DNA of 64,000 nucleotides from Eledone cirrhosa (taxonomy: Eukaryota). Position 1 is the first letter of the stretch. Each line of letters begins with the position of its first letter. Under the pieces are notes generated by a model. The model worked only from the letters and a program-made list of their open reading frames with translations, did not search any database and was not told the origin of the DNA. Location of the stretch: NCBI GenBank assembly GCA_964016885.1, contig OZ024752.1, forward strand, positions 40,052,001 through 40,116,000, in the 5' to 3' direction. Made by a program: the position numbers and the translations under genes. This document shows positions 12,905 to 27,100 of the stretch, piece by piece.

Positions 12905-15044
12905 TTTCAATCAACAAAATTTCACCCAGTATTGGTTTTTGAGTCCAAGGCAGATGCCGCAAAATGCTACTGATGTAAAACTTAAAACCGTTTAGTTGCA
13001 AAGCAACTTCTTAATTATATGGCCATGACTATGTAATTGAAAAGCCCTAAAACGCAGAACAGGAGATTGATAACCAGGAAAATCCATCTAATATTAAAAT
13101 ACTTTGTTTAAAGAACAGTGTTTTTTTTTTATTTTTTAAAAGGAGAAAAAAAAAAAAAATTGATTCTTTATAAAGACAGTAAATTTCTAATCCTGAAATA
13201 AGATACACTGCTGATAAACAACTAAATATATATACTTTTCCACTGATTAATAATCAAAGGATATGATAAAGACAAAAATATATATAATAAACTCACCAAG
13301 AACACCAAATTCTGAGAGTGAACTGTTGCATACAGTGTATTGGGCTTGGTCAGGGTACAGGTGGTTTAGACTGAGAAATGTTTTCTTATCTATATTTTGG
13401 TGATGTAAAACATGGTGGCGATGACTAAAAGAAAATCGAAATATACATATTAAGCATTTTACAAAGTTTTTTTTTTTAAATCACATCATATATGTGATAT
13501 AGATACATCATCATCTTACATCCACTTTCCATACTGACATCAGATGGACTTAAATTTAATCGGTATTAAAACTAATATAAATAAGATCCAGATACGTGAG
13601 GAACTGCATTGGATTTTCCCATATTCAATACAGCCTAGCATAATTGTTTCTGTGTCGCTATCCACCTCCTCATGCTACTCATTAGATATCATGTGACATC
13701 CATCAGAAAACAAATCAATAAGGAACAAAATAACTAAAATTCTTTAATTTAAAATTATTTCCTAATGAGTAAAATGATCAACTGTTCTAGCATTCGCTGC
13801 AAAAATTTTGTTCACAAAATACAAATTTTACTCTTAACGTCCCGTAATGATTTAGAAAATATCTAAAAACAAGTTTGGTAATTCATATATTTACAATATC
13901 TTAACTAGAGGACAGATTGTTATGAAAATTTACAGTATCAGATTAAAAGACTTTAGTTTATAATGTAATGCAGCTGTTGTGCTATTTTGTACTTTTCAAA
14001 AATGTCTTGCTAATGTAATTTCATGTGATACAAAACATTAAGAGTTAAAGTTAGATATGTACCTAATTTCAGAGAAATAACATTAACTAAGATAAAAATT
14101 TGTGGTTTTGAAGTTAGTAGTCCAACAGATAGGCAAGAATTGGTAGAGTCATTAGCACGTCGGATAGAAGGCTTTGCAGCATTCGTTTCAGCTCCCTGAG
14201 TTCAAATCCTGCCTTTCATCCATTCGAGGTCAATAAAAAAAGTACCAGTCTAGTACTGGGGTTGATTCTTCCTCTATATCTCTCACTTCCAGTCTCTCAC
14301 TCTATCTTTCCGTGGAAGAAATCTGCTGTATTCAGACAAAGACAGGAGATGGGCTCTGCCAGGTTTAAAAATTCCCCAGAAATGTTGTATGTCAACACGG
14401 TGTCCCTACGATTCCCTCAGGAGTTATGGGACCATGTGAGCATACAGTCCAACAGCTTAGCTCAGGCACACAGCACAAATTTACATTCTACAAAACATTT
14501 TGTTCAAAGATATGCCACAAGAACAGAAGAGCTTACCTAAAAGTACCACGTTCTACATCTTGTCCACTTAAACGTACATGAATACCATCTTTCAAAAGAG
14601 AACCAAATGCTAATGCTTCACCCAAAGCCCAATCTGCAACACGACCTTTGACCATAACTTCATGTGATTTCAATATACGTTTTACACCTGTTATAAAATA
14701 TCAAATCATGACATTTGAATTTTAAATATTTTTTTTAATACAATTAGAAAGCTTTTCTTTTGATTTTTCAACTTTTGGATGAAAAGAAAAATGTTTTAAT
14801 TCTTCTGCAAGCTTGTAATAGCTTAGAATTATATGATGACTTAAAATTTCTCAATCCATATCTTAATGTTTACATTAACATGAATGGTGTGTGCATGAAT
14901 GGTGTGTGCATGAATGGTGAATACATTTGTGTGTATGCATTGCACAGAGAGAGAGGTGAGGAGAGAGCCAAAGGTTTCTGAATAGATGAAGGTAAAAAAA
15001 AGTGCTGGTTGGAGTTTGAAACCTTAAGTGGCATGCATTTGAGT

Positions 15045-15097
<53 letters not shown>

Positions 15098-15098
15098 A

Positions 15099-15131
<33 letters not shown>

Positions 15132-18100
15132 AAGAGAGAAAGAGAAAGAGAGAGAGAGAGAAAGAGAGAGTTAGTTCCACAACAAATTAACATAAACCAT
15201 ACTTGAGAACACGCATTTCACCCAAGGATTCTTCAACTCGTGAATGGTTATGGATAACCATACACGAGTTGAAGAATCCTTCAGATGAAACAAGTGTTCT
15301 TAAATATGGTTTGTTAATTTGTTGTGGCACTAACTCATTCTTTGGACCGAGTCTCTACCAACTTTGGATATAACCTCCATGTCTTTCACTACTATATATT
15401 ATGTTGTACGGGCCATTACAAGGCCAACAAGTTAGGCTCAATCTACTGAAACTGAAAGCAGTAAGAATATAATACATAAAAAGTTAAGCTTCTGACAGGA
15501 TCAGCTGGAGGGAGTATTTGAGGGTTCTGCCCCCACGACCCTCTCAGGAATAAGTGGGTGAAGAAGAAAAGCTTACCTCTGTGTAACTCAAAATCTTCAG
15601 GTGGCAAACTGAAACTCATTCCAATGTGTTGTAACGTTTCTTCATCAATACCAGTCAGAGGAGATTTCATAGGATCTCTACCTTCAAAGAATCCACTCCA
15701 AGGAGAATCCAACCAATCCCGGTTACGTACAGCTGTTTCCTTCTTCGAGGCTAAGTGGGCTTCTTCACAGATCTTATCATATTTAGCTACTTCATCCTTA
15801 GTAAACAAAAAAAAATGATACTCAATCAAATCTGTATCAAACTGAAGTTCACAATTACATGCTTCCCGAAATACGCCAAAACTACACCTGACGTACCCCT
15901 TCCATACACATGCACACACGTGTATCATGACTCATGCACTGTTCATTTTCCTGATGTTTGTACATTACCCTATGTACTATACATACACTTTTTGATGAGT
16001 TGTAGTGCACCTGAGCACTGTACACAATATTTCATTATTATTATTATTATATACATGATATGAGAGATGACATAGGACTGAGTTGACTGGCAATGTGCCA
16101 TAATACAAAAAACTAACGAAATATGCCTGCCTCATTTCTTTCCAATCTCCGTAAGTCCCCCATACACTACCATGTAGCACTGCTGTTCACACACAAGCAT
16201 CAAACAATTTGCCTTTCCCTGAGGAAGAAACCCTTTCTAGCGCCTTTAACTTTTTCCAGCCCTATATTTCTTTCCTCTATATTGCTTTCTCACTTCCTCT
16301 CTCTCCCCTTCTACCCTTCTCTGGAAGAAATCTGATAAGTTTGGACCTGGAGAGGGGATGGGCGCTGCCAGATTTTAAAATGCCCAAGAAATGCCATATG
16401 CCACCATGGCGACCCTACAACTCCATCAGGAGTTGCAGGATCAAAGATAGAAGGATAGAATGTCCCTTGTAGAATCAGACCATTCTAAAACATTGTCAGT
16501 TAAATCTATAGGAGACTGTTTTAGGGGCTCAGTCAGTTTCCATTTTTTTTTTAAACTGGCCTTTTAACCTCCCTCCTCCCTTTTCTCTCCACTGTAACCT
16601 TCTGAACTAGATTAAAACTCATCAAAGCTGACTGACAGATTCAAATATATATATATATGACATTTTCACCAATATCCTCTAAACTCTATCAAATAAGAGC
16701 TTATGCTTTACTGGCTAAATATTGAGGAATTTTCAATTGAACACATTGTCTTGTTTCCTACAATGATGTTTTCATCAGAAAAGTAAGTCTTTAAAATTTT
16801 GAAAAAGTTTTCATCTAATAAAAGAAAAAAATGGAAACCCTGTTTTATTTCAATTAGAGGAAGTGAAACTGGTAACTAAAAGAGGAGTTATTTCCCTTGT
16901 ATAGATAAGAAGGAATTTACGCATTAATAAACAAATAAAACAACATGCAATTTTAAAAAGCTTTTCAATGTCTTTTGGCTCAATGTGACACCAAAACATT
17001 TAAAGAGTTAATTGGCAAACAATAGCTTTTGGTACAACACTCTTCATAGAATCTGTTACAAGTATACAGAAAAAAAAAAAGAAACCTTATATGAAAGTGA
17101 CATTACTACATACCTCATATTCCTGTTGAGACACAATTCCTGAATGAATCAATCTCTCAGCATAGGAGGCTAATACTGTTGGCTGTTTGGCAATTTTTTT
17201 ATACATAAGAGGTTGAGTGAACATAGGTTCGTCAATTTCATTGTGTCCACTTCGCCTGTAGCACACCTGTAAAACATACATATATGATCTACTATCACAT
17301 TTGCAGTTGTTATTTTCTAGATTAATATATACAGAGAGGTAATGCATGTAGAAAGAAACTATTTAGTGGAAGAAAGTTTGTTGTATTTTATTCTTCAATG
17401 ATTATATGTAAGTTTAAAACTGGTAACAGTTTTAAAAATATAAAATGAATATCAGAATGGTAAGCTACTTAAAGTAGGGTTACAAATAAAAAAAATTTAG
17501 CATACAGCATATCCCACACTTCTTCATTTTAAAATATTGACACAAATTTAAATCTGTGTATTACTATTTTAACACTTGAAGATCAGTTCCAGTTTTTCAG
17601 ATCAGGAGAAGAAACACACAAAAAAAAAAGCTTTGCAAAGAATATATCTGTATGACTTAACTAAGCTAAAATAAAAATAAAAAAAGGATTACAAAATATT
17701 GCATATCATTTCATTTTATGTCTGCTTCTCCCTGCTTGCAAGGGTGGGACGGGAACTGATTCTGGCTTGATTTCTACAGCTGGATGCCCTTCCTGACACC
17801 AACCTCATTTACAGTGAGTGCTGGGTGCCCTTCCTAACACCAACCTCATTTACAGTGAGTGCTGGGTGCTTTTTTGCCGTGGCACCTCCACGACCACTTT
17901 ACAGTGGAATGATAGGGACCCCAGTCCCTATCATCTCATTTCTACAGCTGAGTAAACTGGAGCAATGTGAAATAAAGTGTCTTGCTCAAGGACACAACAC
18001 ATCACCCGGTCTGAGAATTGAACTCTCAACCTTTCGATTGCAAGGCCAATGCTCTAACCACTAAGCCATGTACCTCCATATACACATTGAAAACACGGAA

Positions 18101-21100
18101 TTTACCAGATCAATCACAACGTCTTTGTTGAAGCGATGTCGCCATTCAGAGGCTACTTTGCAAACATATATCACAGCTTCGGGATGGTCGGCATTCACAT
18201 GAAATATTGGAGCATTGATTACTCGAGCCACATCAGTCGGGTAAGGTGATGACCGCGATACACGAGGATCAGTTGTAAAACCAATCTGAAGGAAAACAGA
18301 ACAAAGAAAAATTACCCCTTTAGCATTCACATTACTCTATATATACTATTGTATTTTCATGGTAAAGGCTTTACCTCACATAATATCTCACATAACATTT
18401 ACATTACTCTATATATACTATTATATTTTCATGGTAAAGGCTTTACCTCACATAATATCTCGCATAACATTCACATTACTCTATATATACTATTATATTT
18501 TCATGGTAAAGGCTTTACCTCACATAATATTTACATTACTCTATATATACTATTGTATTTTCATGGTAAAGGCTTTACCTCACATAATTATCTCACATAA
18601 CATTTACATTACTCTATATATACTATTATATTTTCATGGTAAAGGCTTTACCTCACATAATTATCTCACATAACATTTACATTACTCTATATATACTATT
18701 ATATTTCCATGGTAAAGGCTTTACCTCACATAACATTCACATTACTCTATATATACTATTATATTTCCATGGTAAAGGCTTTACCTCACATAACATTCAC
18801 ATTACTCTATATATACTATTATATTTTCATGGTAAAGGCTTTACCTCACATAATATCTCACATAACATTCACATTACTCTATATATACTATTATATTTTC
18901 ATGGTAAAGGCTTTACCTCACATAATTATCTCACATAATATTCACATTACTCTATATATACTATTATATTTTCATGGTAAAGGCTTTACCTCACATAATA
19001 TCTCACATAACATTCACATTACTCTATATATACTATTATATTTCCATGGTAAAGGCTTTACCTCACATAATATCTCACATAACATTCACATTACTCTATA
19101 TATACTATTATATTTCCATGGTAAAGGCTTTACCTCACATAATATCTCACATAACATTCACATTACTCTATATATACTATTATATTTCCATGGTAAAGGC
19201 TTTCCCTCACATAATTATCTCACATAATATTCACATTACTCTATATATACTATTATATTTCCATGGTAAAGGCTTTCCCTCACATAATTATCTCATATAA
19301 TATTGAATCTATGAGATTTTGAAAGTATTCATTTTGAGAACAATACCTTAACATCAGTTTGAGTGACCAGTTACAGCCAGTTTCAACAGAAAAAGGTAGA
19401 GAATTCTGGCCGGTTTTGGCCGGTTTGAACATTAAAGGGTTAAGTTAAAATCTATTCAAAGCCAAAGGTTCATCAGGCCAGTGTTTATCATAGGATTATC
19501 TATCTTTCACACACACACACACACACACACTCTTTCTCTCTCGCTGTAACTAACGTGTTGACAGACTTGCATTACATAAAGTCTTTTTTTTTTAAGTGTT
19601 ATCACTTCCATCCTGACATCACAACTTTTCCCTTCTCCCCTTTTTCCTCTCCTACATATATGTTGTCACAGACAGACAGGCAGAGAACAGCTCTTTACTC
19701 CTTCCTTTTTCCTCTCCTACATATATGTTGCAACAGACAGACAGACAGAGAACAGCTCTTTACTCCTTCCTTTTTCCTCTCCTACATATATGTTGTGACA
19801 GACAGACAGAGAACAGCTCTTTACTCCTTCCTTTTTCCTCTCCTACATATATGTTGTGACAGACAGACAGACAGACAGACAGAGAACAGCTCTTTACTCC
19901 TTCCTTTTTCCTCTCCTAGATATATGTTGTGACAGACAGACAGACAGAGAACAGCTCTTTACTCCTTCCTTTTTCCTCTCCTACATATATGTTGTGACAG
20001 AGACAGAGAACAGCTCTTTACTCCTTCCTTTTTCCTCTCCTACATATATGTTGTGACAGACAGACAGGCAGAGAACAGCTCTTTACTCCTTCCTTTTTCC
20101 TCTCCTACATATATGTTGACAGACAGACAGGCAGAGAACAGCTCTTTACTCCTTCCTTTTTCCTCTCCTACATATATGTTGACAGACAGACAGACAGACA
20201 ACAGCTCTTTACTCCTTCCTTTTTCCTCTCCTACATATATGTTGTGACAGACAGACAGACAGAACAGCTTCTCTTTTATAATACAGATTAATCTCTATTG
20301 GAAATTACAATATAGTAGAACGTTGATGAGTTACCTGATTGTTAACAACTATGTGAATAGTACCATGGGTTGTATACATTGGTAGATCACTGAGATGAAA
20401 TGTTTCATAGACTACTCCTTGGCCAGCAAAGGCAGCATCTCCATGGAGCAGTACACTCATCACCTTAAAATAACAACAAAGTAAGAATAAAACATGGAAA
20501 ATAATTTGACAAAAACACATCACAGTAATAAACCATTTTGAAATCTACTATCACCTATCTCGTCAAACTTATACCAACATTTTTTCATTTTACGTCCGCT
20601 TTTTCCCTGTTTGCAAGGGTGGGACGGGAACTGATTCTGGCTTGATTTCTACAGATGGATGCCCTTCCTAACACCAACCTCATTTACAGTGAGTGCTGGG
20701 TGCTTTTTTGCTGTGGCACCTCCACGACCACTTTGCAGTGGAATGATAGGGACCCAGTCCTATCATCTCATTTCTACAGCTGAGTAAACTGGAGCAATGT
20801 GAAATAAAGTGTCTTGCTCAAGGAAACAACATCACCCAGTCTGAGAATTGAACTTACAACCTTTCGATTGCAAGGCCAATGCTCTAACCACTAAGTCATG
20901 TGCCTCCATGGACATAAAATAATGTAAGGTGGTCATGCTGATGACAAAAATGAGAAAGTACCCAGTCCTACCTGTAAGGTGATCGTGCTGTACAGTAACA
21001 CAGAATTATTGTCAGAAGAGAGAAATAAATATGCCAAAAATGTATAAAATATCATCCCAATGGAAAATGTTACAGAATCACTGAAGAAATTAAAGCATTT

Positions 21101-24100
21101 TACATGTACAATTGTAACGAGAATATACTCAGTACCAACATTTAATAGGAAAATTATATTTACAGCTCACACCTATGTAGTTTTACCTGGCCTTCTATGA
21201 ACTATTGTGAATCTTACACCCTAACCACTAGGCCACTTATTGAGTACCATGTATTTGGCCCAGATAAAATATTTTCAAAATAATTTGGAACACTTAAGGG
21301 AATTTTGTTTTTCACTTTTCTTACTAATACATTAATTCTTAACATCATTTAAGTATTTAGCAGAAAATATCTAAAAAAGAGTTCAAATATTTATAGTATC
21401 TTTATTAGAGGACAAATTGTGAACATTTCCAGAATTAAAGTAGAGGCTTTAATTTATAATGTGATGCAGTCATAATGTTGTTTTGTACTTTTCAAGAAAG
21501 TCTTGCTAATTCAGTTTCATGTGGTACAGGACATTTAAGAGTTAAGAAATCCTCCCTCAAGAATGACCCCCAGTTATGATAAACTCATTGATATATGACA
21601 GAGGTTCTCAAACTTTAGGACCACTGCCCCCCATCACAACCACATAATACCCTCAGCACCCCAACCTTATTTCCAGAGAGACCTGCCTACACACAAATTG
21701 TAAATAATATATAATAAATAAAATCATTAATTTATATATACAAATATAGTTTAAATATATTTGTATATAATATGTATCATTTGATGTTTAATATACTATT
21801 ATACCATCTCTACTGCCCGCCAGGGGTGGCAACATCCACCATGCAGAGTAACTAAGGTAGAGATCAAAACCAGTTACAACAATCTTACTGGGATACAGGA
21901 CTTAATCTCACCAAATCGTTTATGGTTTCGAATTAACATAATAGAAGATAGAAACAAAATTACTCTAGTAAATGTCAAAAATAAATAATTTGTTCATACT
22001 CTTTTGCCATCTTTATCTCCTTGATAATATTGTTCAGCTTTTGTTTTCCCCTGAACCACAGGATTGACTGCTTCAAGATGTGAGGGGTTTGCAACAACAG
22101 ACAACTTTATGTTCTTGTTAGTTAGTCTGTTCAAGCGTTCGTGACACATGCCTAAGTGATATTTCACATCACCAGATCCCTCATCAGAAGGTTCCAGTTT
22201 AGAATCAAACTGGCAAATAATTTGTTCCAGAGGTTTTCGGCAAACATTTGCAAGCACATTCAAGCGTCCCCTGAAAGTGAAATGCAAAAAAAACAAAAAA
22301 ACAACATTGGATTAAAAACATTCAGACAATTTATAAGTGTTAACCCTTTAGCATTTACATTATTCTATCTATACTAGTAGGGCGGTAGATTGGCAGTATC
22401 GGTAGAGGGTCGGACGCCATGCTTTCCAGCATAGTTACGTCCCTTTACGATCTGAGTTCAAATCCCGCTGAGGTTGACTTTGCCTTTCATCCTTACGGGG
22501 TCGATAAAATAAAGTACCAGTAATGCACTGGGTAATTGCTGGCCTTGTGCCTAAAGTAGAAACAATTATTCTATATATACTATTGTGTTTTCACTGTCAA
22601 GGCTTTACCTCACATAATTATCTCACAGGCTAGTGCTTATCCTGGTTTTCATGGTTTTAAGCAACTGAGAGTACAAGACTTTCCCCTGGACAGGATGCCA
22701 GTCCATCACAGAGTTAAACCACCAGCTATTGCTGGTACTCATTTTCAGCTGGAGCAACATGAAATGAAGTGTTTTGATTAAGAACACAACACACAACCCA
22801 GTCCAGGTATCAAACCCATGACATTCTATTTTTAGAGCTTATGATGTTGCAAAAGGAAATATATTATAGATTTTAACTCTAGCATTTACATTACACTATA
22901 TTTACTATTATAAAAGTAAAGACTTTACCTTACGTAATTATTTCACATAATATTGAATCTGAGATTTTGATATTATCTATTTTGAGAACAATACCCTAAC
23001 ATAAGTATGAGTGGCCAGTTACAGCCAGTTTGAACAGAAAGAGGTGAGAGAATTCTGGCCACATACAGCCAGTTTAAATGCTAAAGGGTTAAAGGATTAA
23101 AGTTGCTAACCTGTGAGGCATGCCAATAACAAAGCTATCAACACCAAGTGAACTGCAAGAATCAATGACAGCCTTCATAGCTGGAATCAGAACTTCACAG
23201 CCTTCAATCCCAAAACGCTTCTCAGATGACCATTTTCGTGCAAGAAAATCTTCAAATCTAAAATGCAAAAATCACAGAGAGCAACCATTAAAAAATAATA
23301 AATAAAAGACTGATACTACATATCTTATGCAATGCTTCATATTAACTATGAGTATCTTGAAAACAAATTCTAAACCAAAACAATATGTGAAACATTCTGT
23401 TACGATATAATTACAACTATTACTAATTATATTGTTGTCGTCGTTATGTTGTACATGGAGAACATTGGGAAGTTCTTAATATATTCCATTGACAGTTGAT
23501 TGACAAGATCCCAGACTTCATTCGCTTAACGAATGTGGTGGGAGCTCGTCAAATCGGACCGAGGAAACAATGTGGTCTTTCCAATTGTTAATACTATCTG
23601 TCAGTCACAACTCCAGGTAGAAGGAGCAACGTGAAATAAACTGTCTTTCTCAAGGACATAACGACATCGCCCAGTCCGGGAATCAAAATCACAACCTCAC
23701 GATTATGAATCCAATTCCCTAACCACTCAGCCACGTGCCTTCACTAAAAATAGCCTAGTTTTATTAAGCGTTACTTACAGCTAATCCTCTTCAAAGAAAG
23801 CCAAAAATCCCTAGGGCGCCACCTCCTTTTTTTCAAAGTCATTTTTCCCGAGAAAGGTGCAGGGAAAATATATGTGAGAAAGTAATTCTAGTGAGTTGAT
23901 GTTTTGGGGGAGGATGAATTAGCTGCAGTGATCAGCGTGTATGGAGGGAGGGAGGGGGGGGGGGGGGGGGGGGGGTATGGATGACATGAGTAATGGCTAC
24001 CTTAAGTGGTGGTGGTGTTGGTGGTGATATGCAATGAGCTACTTTTAAGAAACAGAGACTGCTGTAGTAACGATATACTAAACAAAATGAGGAGACTGTT

Positions 24101-27100
24101 GATCTGTATGCCAGAAGTGACAGTAAACAAATCATTTGTATAGTGAAACAGACCAGATTTGATACAGAGAACTCCATTAATGTATGCTGCAATGGTGAAA
24201 CCTAACAATGGTCGAAGCTGATAGGTAGGCAGCTTAACTAGGAGATTCTCATACCACACGATGGTCAGCTAAAGAGTTCATAGGCTGACTATATAGAAGT
24301 AATGCTAGAGCAGTGAAATCTTGCATGCTTTAATTTCAACTCTTCTTAATAACTGCATTGTTTCTTTCCCAATAACATCAGCACCTGAACAAGAATATTG
24401 CAATGGAACAATTGTAGTATAACCAAACTGTTACAAAGTGCCATCAAATTTCAATGATCAGAGCGAGTAAACCTAAAATGGACAATATAAAATTGAATGA
24501 TAATTTCTCAATAACAATGTTTGAAGCCAAAAAATTGGATTCATCTTGTCAAGCAAAAACTATCACACTCTGTAAAGATAGGATTTACCAAACTCACCGT
24601 GTTGATCGGATAAGTCTTGCTAGTATAAGCCTCTTCTCCTCAGCATCAAATTGCATGATGTTGGGTACCTCAAATTTGCGACGAATCCAATCGGTCTGCT
24701 CAAGGTTGTTGATAAACATAAACTCAATACCTATCTGTCGGCAGTAAATTTCCTGAGGGATAAATAGTTTAACATTCTAGGCATTGAACAGTTAGTTTTA
24801 AAATATTGCTTCTATTAATTACATTAATGAAAACTGTAAAAAGCAAATACAATTCAAATACAATGGAAATTGTATACTAGAAAACAAAAAATGCAAATAC
24901 AAAAACAATTCCATCCAATATACATTGTGCAATTAATTGGAATGCTATCCGGAGATATACATACCTCTAGTCTCTTAATGATTTCACGTAATGGAAGCTC
25001 AGATTGATCTCCGCCAATATATGTGGTATGTGGAAGTCTAAAGATTTTATCAAGATCAGGCTCATCTAACAGAAAGATAGTTGCAAACTATTATCAATAC
25101 AGGCATTATGCTATTGAAAACATTAATCCACTTATATTTTAATGCAATAAAAAATATCTAAAGTAAAAAGCAAGGCAACTAAAATATATTTGTTAAAAGA
25201 GGTAATGTGAGAGAATAATACGTAGGGAAACAAAGAATCTCTCACCAAATTTATTAAATTTTGAACAACAAAATTTTGTTTTATCACAAGGATCAAATTT
25301 TTTAAAAATTAAATTGCAAATAAAATAAATAAAATCTACTACTATACATAAACATTAAAAGCAAGAAAATAGAAATATAATTCAAGTTATACAAAGCACA
25401 GGTTAAATTATAAAACAATACATGGCAGATTTTATCACAAGGTTGGTATAATTATAATTATACAACCAGGGCAATATATTGAGACAATAGTATAAAACTA
25501 ATAGAAATATAGAAATTGCTATCAATAAATCTCAAAATATATGAGAGAAAGGATTTGTTTTTTTTTCTGATTTCATGAGAAACTAGAAATATATCTAAAA
25601 CTTAATTTCCAACTTTGATTTGAAATTACCGCATTACTTATGTAACAAAAGAAAGCATACAACATTAATTCTTCATAATTTATAAGATTTCTATTCTTTT
25701 AAAAAAAATGGAGGGGAAATCTACTTTAAAATACTTTAATAAAGATTTAGAAATGATTTCAGAGAATCAACGAAGAAAAAAAAAGGATTGGCACAAAACT
25801 ATATATTTTAATCTAAACCTACATAAATTTCTGTGAGAAATGTTGATTTTTTTTTTCAATATTTATAATAATAATAATGAAATTATTGTGTACAGTGCTC
25901 AGGTGCACTACAAACCCTTTTTTTTTTTTAGTTTTTAACTGTATTTAATGACATTAACAAACTCATTTGCATTCTTAATACTTTACCTGAGACAACAAAA
26001 TACATTTTGATTCTTTTCATTTTCTTGAGAGAATTGAAGACACAAAGCAAATTTATAATACAATTTCTAACATGAAACCAGTAAAGATCAAACAGTTTAG
26101 TTATTGGCATCAGGAATTCTTTAAAAAAATATATCTTTACACATGGTGATAGAATAGAATACACCTGTTCCTTTTTATAGATGAAATCAGTAAAAACTAT
26201 TCCATTAAAGCAAGAATGGAGCAGAGTAATATATCAACTATTTACTTAACTTTATTTTGTCACTCTATGCATGTATACATGTACATCCATACACATGTGA
26301 ATGTATATATACACACACACACGCATATATATATAGATATATATATATATATATGATTGAAAATAGTGTAAATGAAGGAAAAAATTGCAAAATAAAAAAC
26401 ATTGTTTTGAATATCAGACCTTTTCTATAAAAACCAAAGAGCTAGAAAAATAGTAAAATGGATAAGACTGCCAGTTTAGAACAAGTTCAAATTTGCTGCA
26501 GGTTTTTTACATCATTTATGAAGATAACACACTACCTATATGTTACCTAGTTACTGGGAAAAAGTAGCACCCAGATCTACTGGTAGCCTTTTTATAGTTT
26601 ATGTCTACCTAGAGAAGACAATAAGAAACCACTCTAATAAACCCATCTTATATTTTGTAAATGCTTCATCTGAAGAATCAGCAAGAGTTAATTTAAAATA
26701 TATATTATATTCATGTTGTTAATCTAGAAAAGTAAATTAAGAATTTTCTTTTTTAAATTCATATTCTAAAATATATAACTTTATCAAACATTAGCCTAAC
26801 ATGATAGTATAAGATAATATTTAAACATTATAACAGAATGTGCTAATCCTTGTAAAATAAATTGACCATAAAATAAATTACCTATTTCGAAATGCCAAAA
26901 CCAGTTCCGGTTCTATGAAACAAATTGCCCATTTTAAACAATTCCTATTTAAATCGAAATCTTCCAACATAATTTTATATAAGAATCTTACATTCAGTTA
27001 TCTTAGTATTGAAATATTAAATAATTTCAATAACTTCTTTAAAATTTTTCATTAATTAAATCATTAGAAATACAGTCACGAAAGGGTTAACAAATGATGA

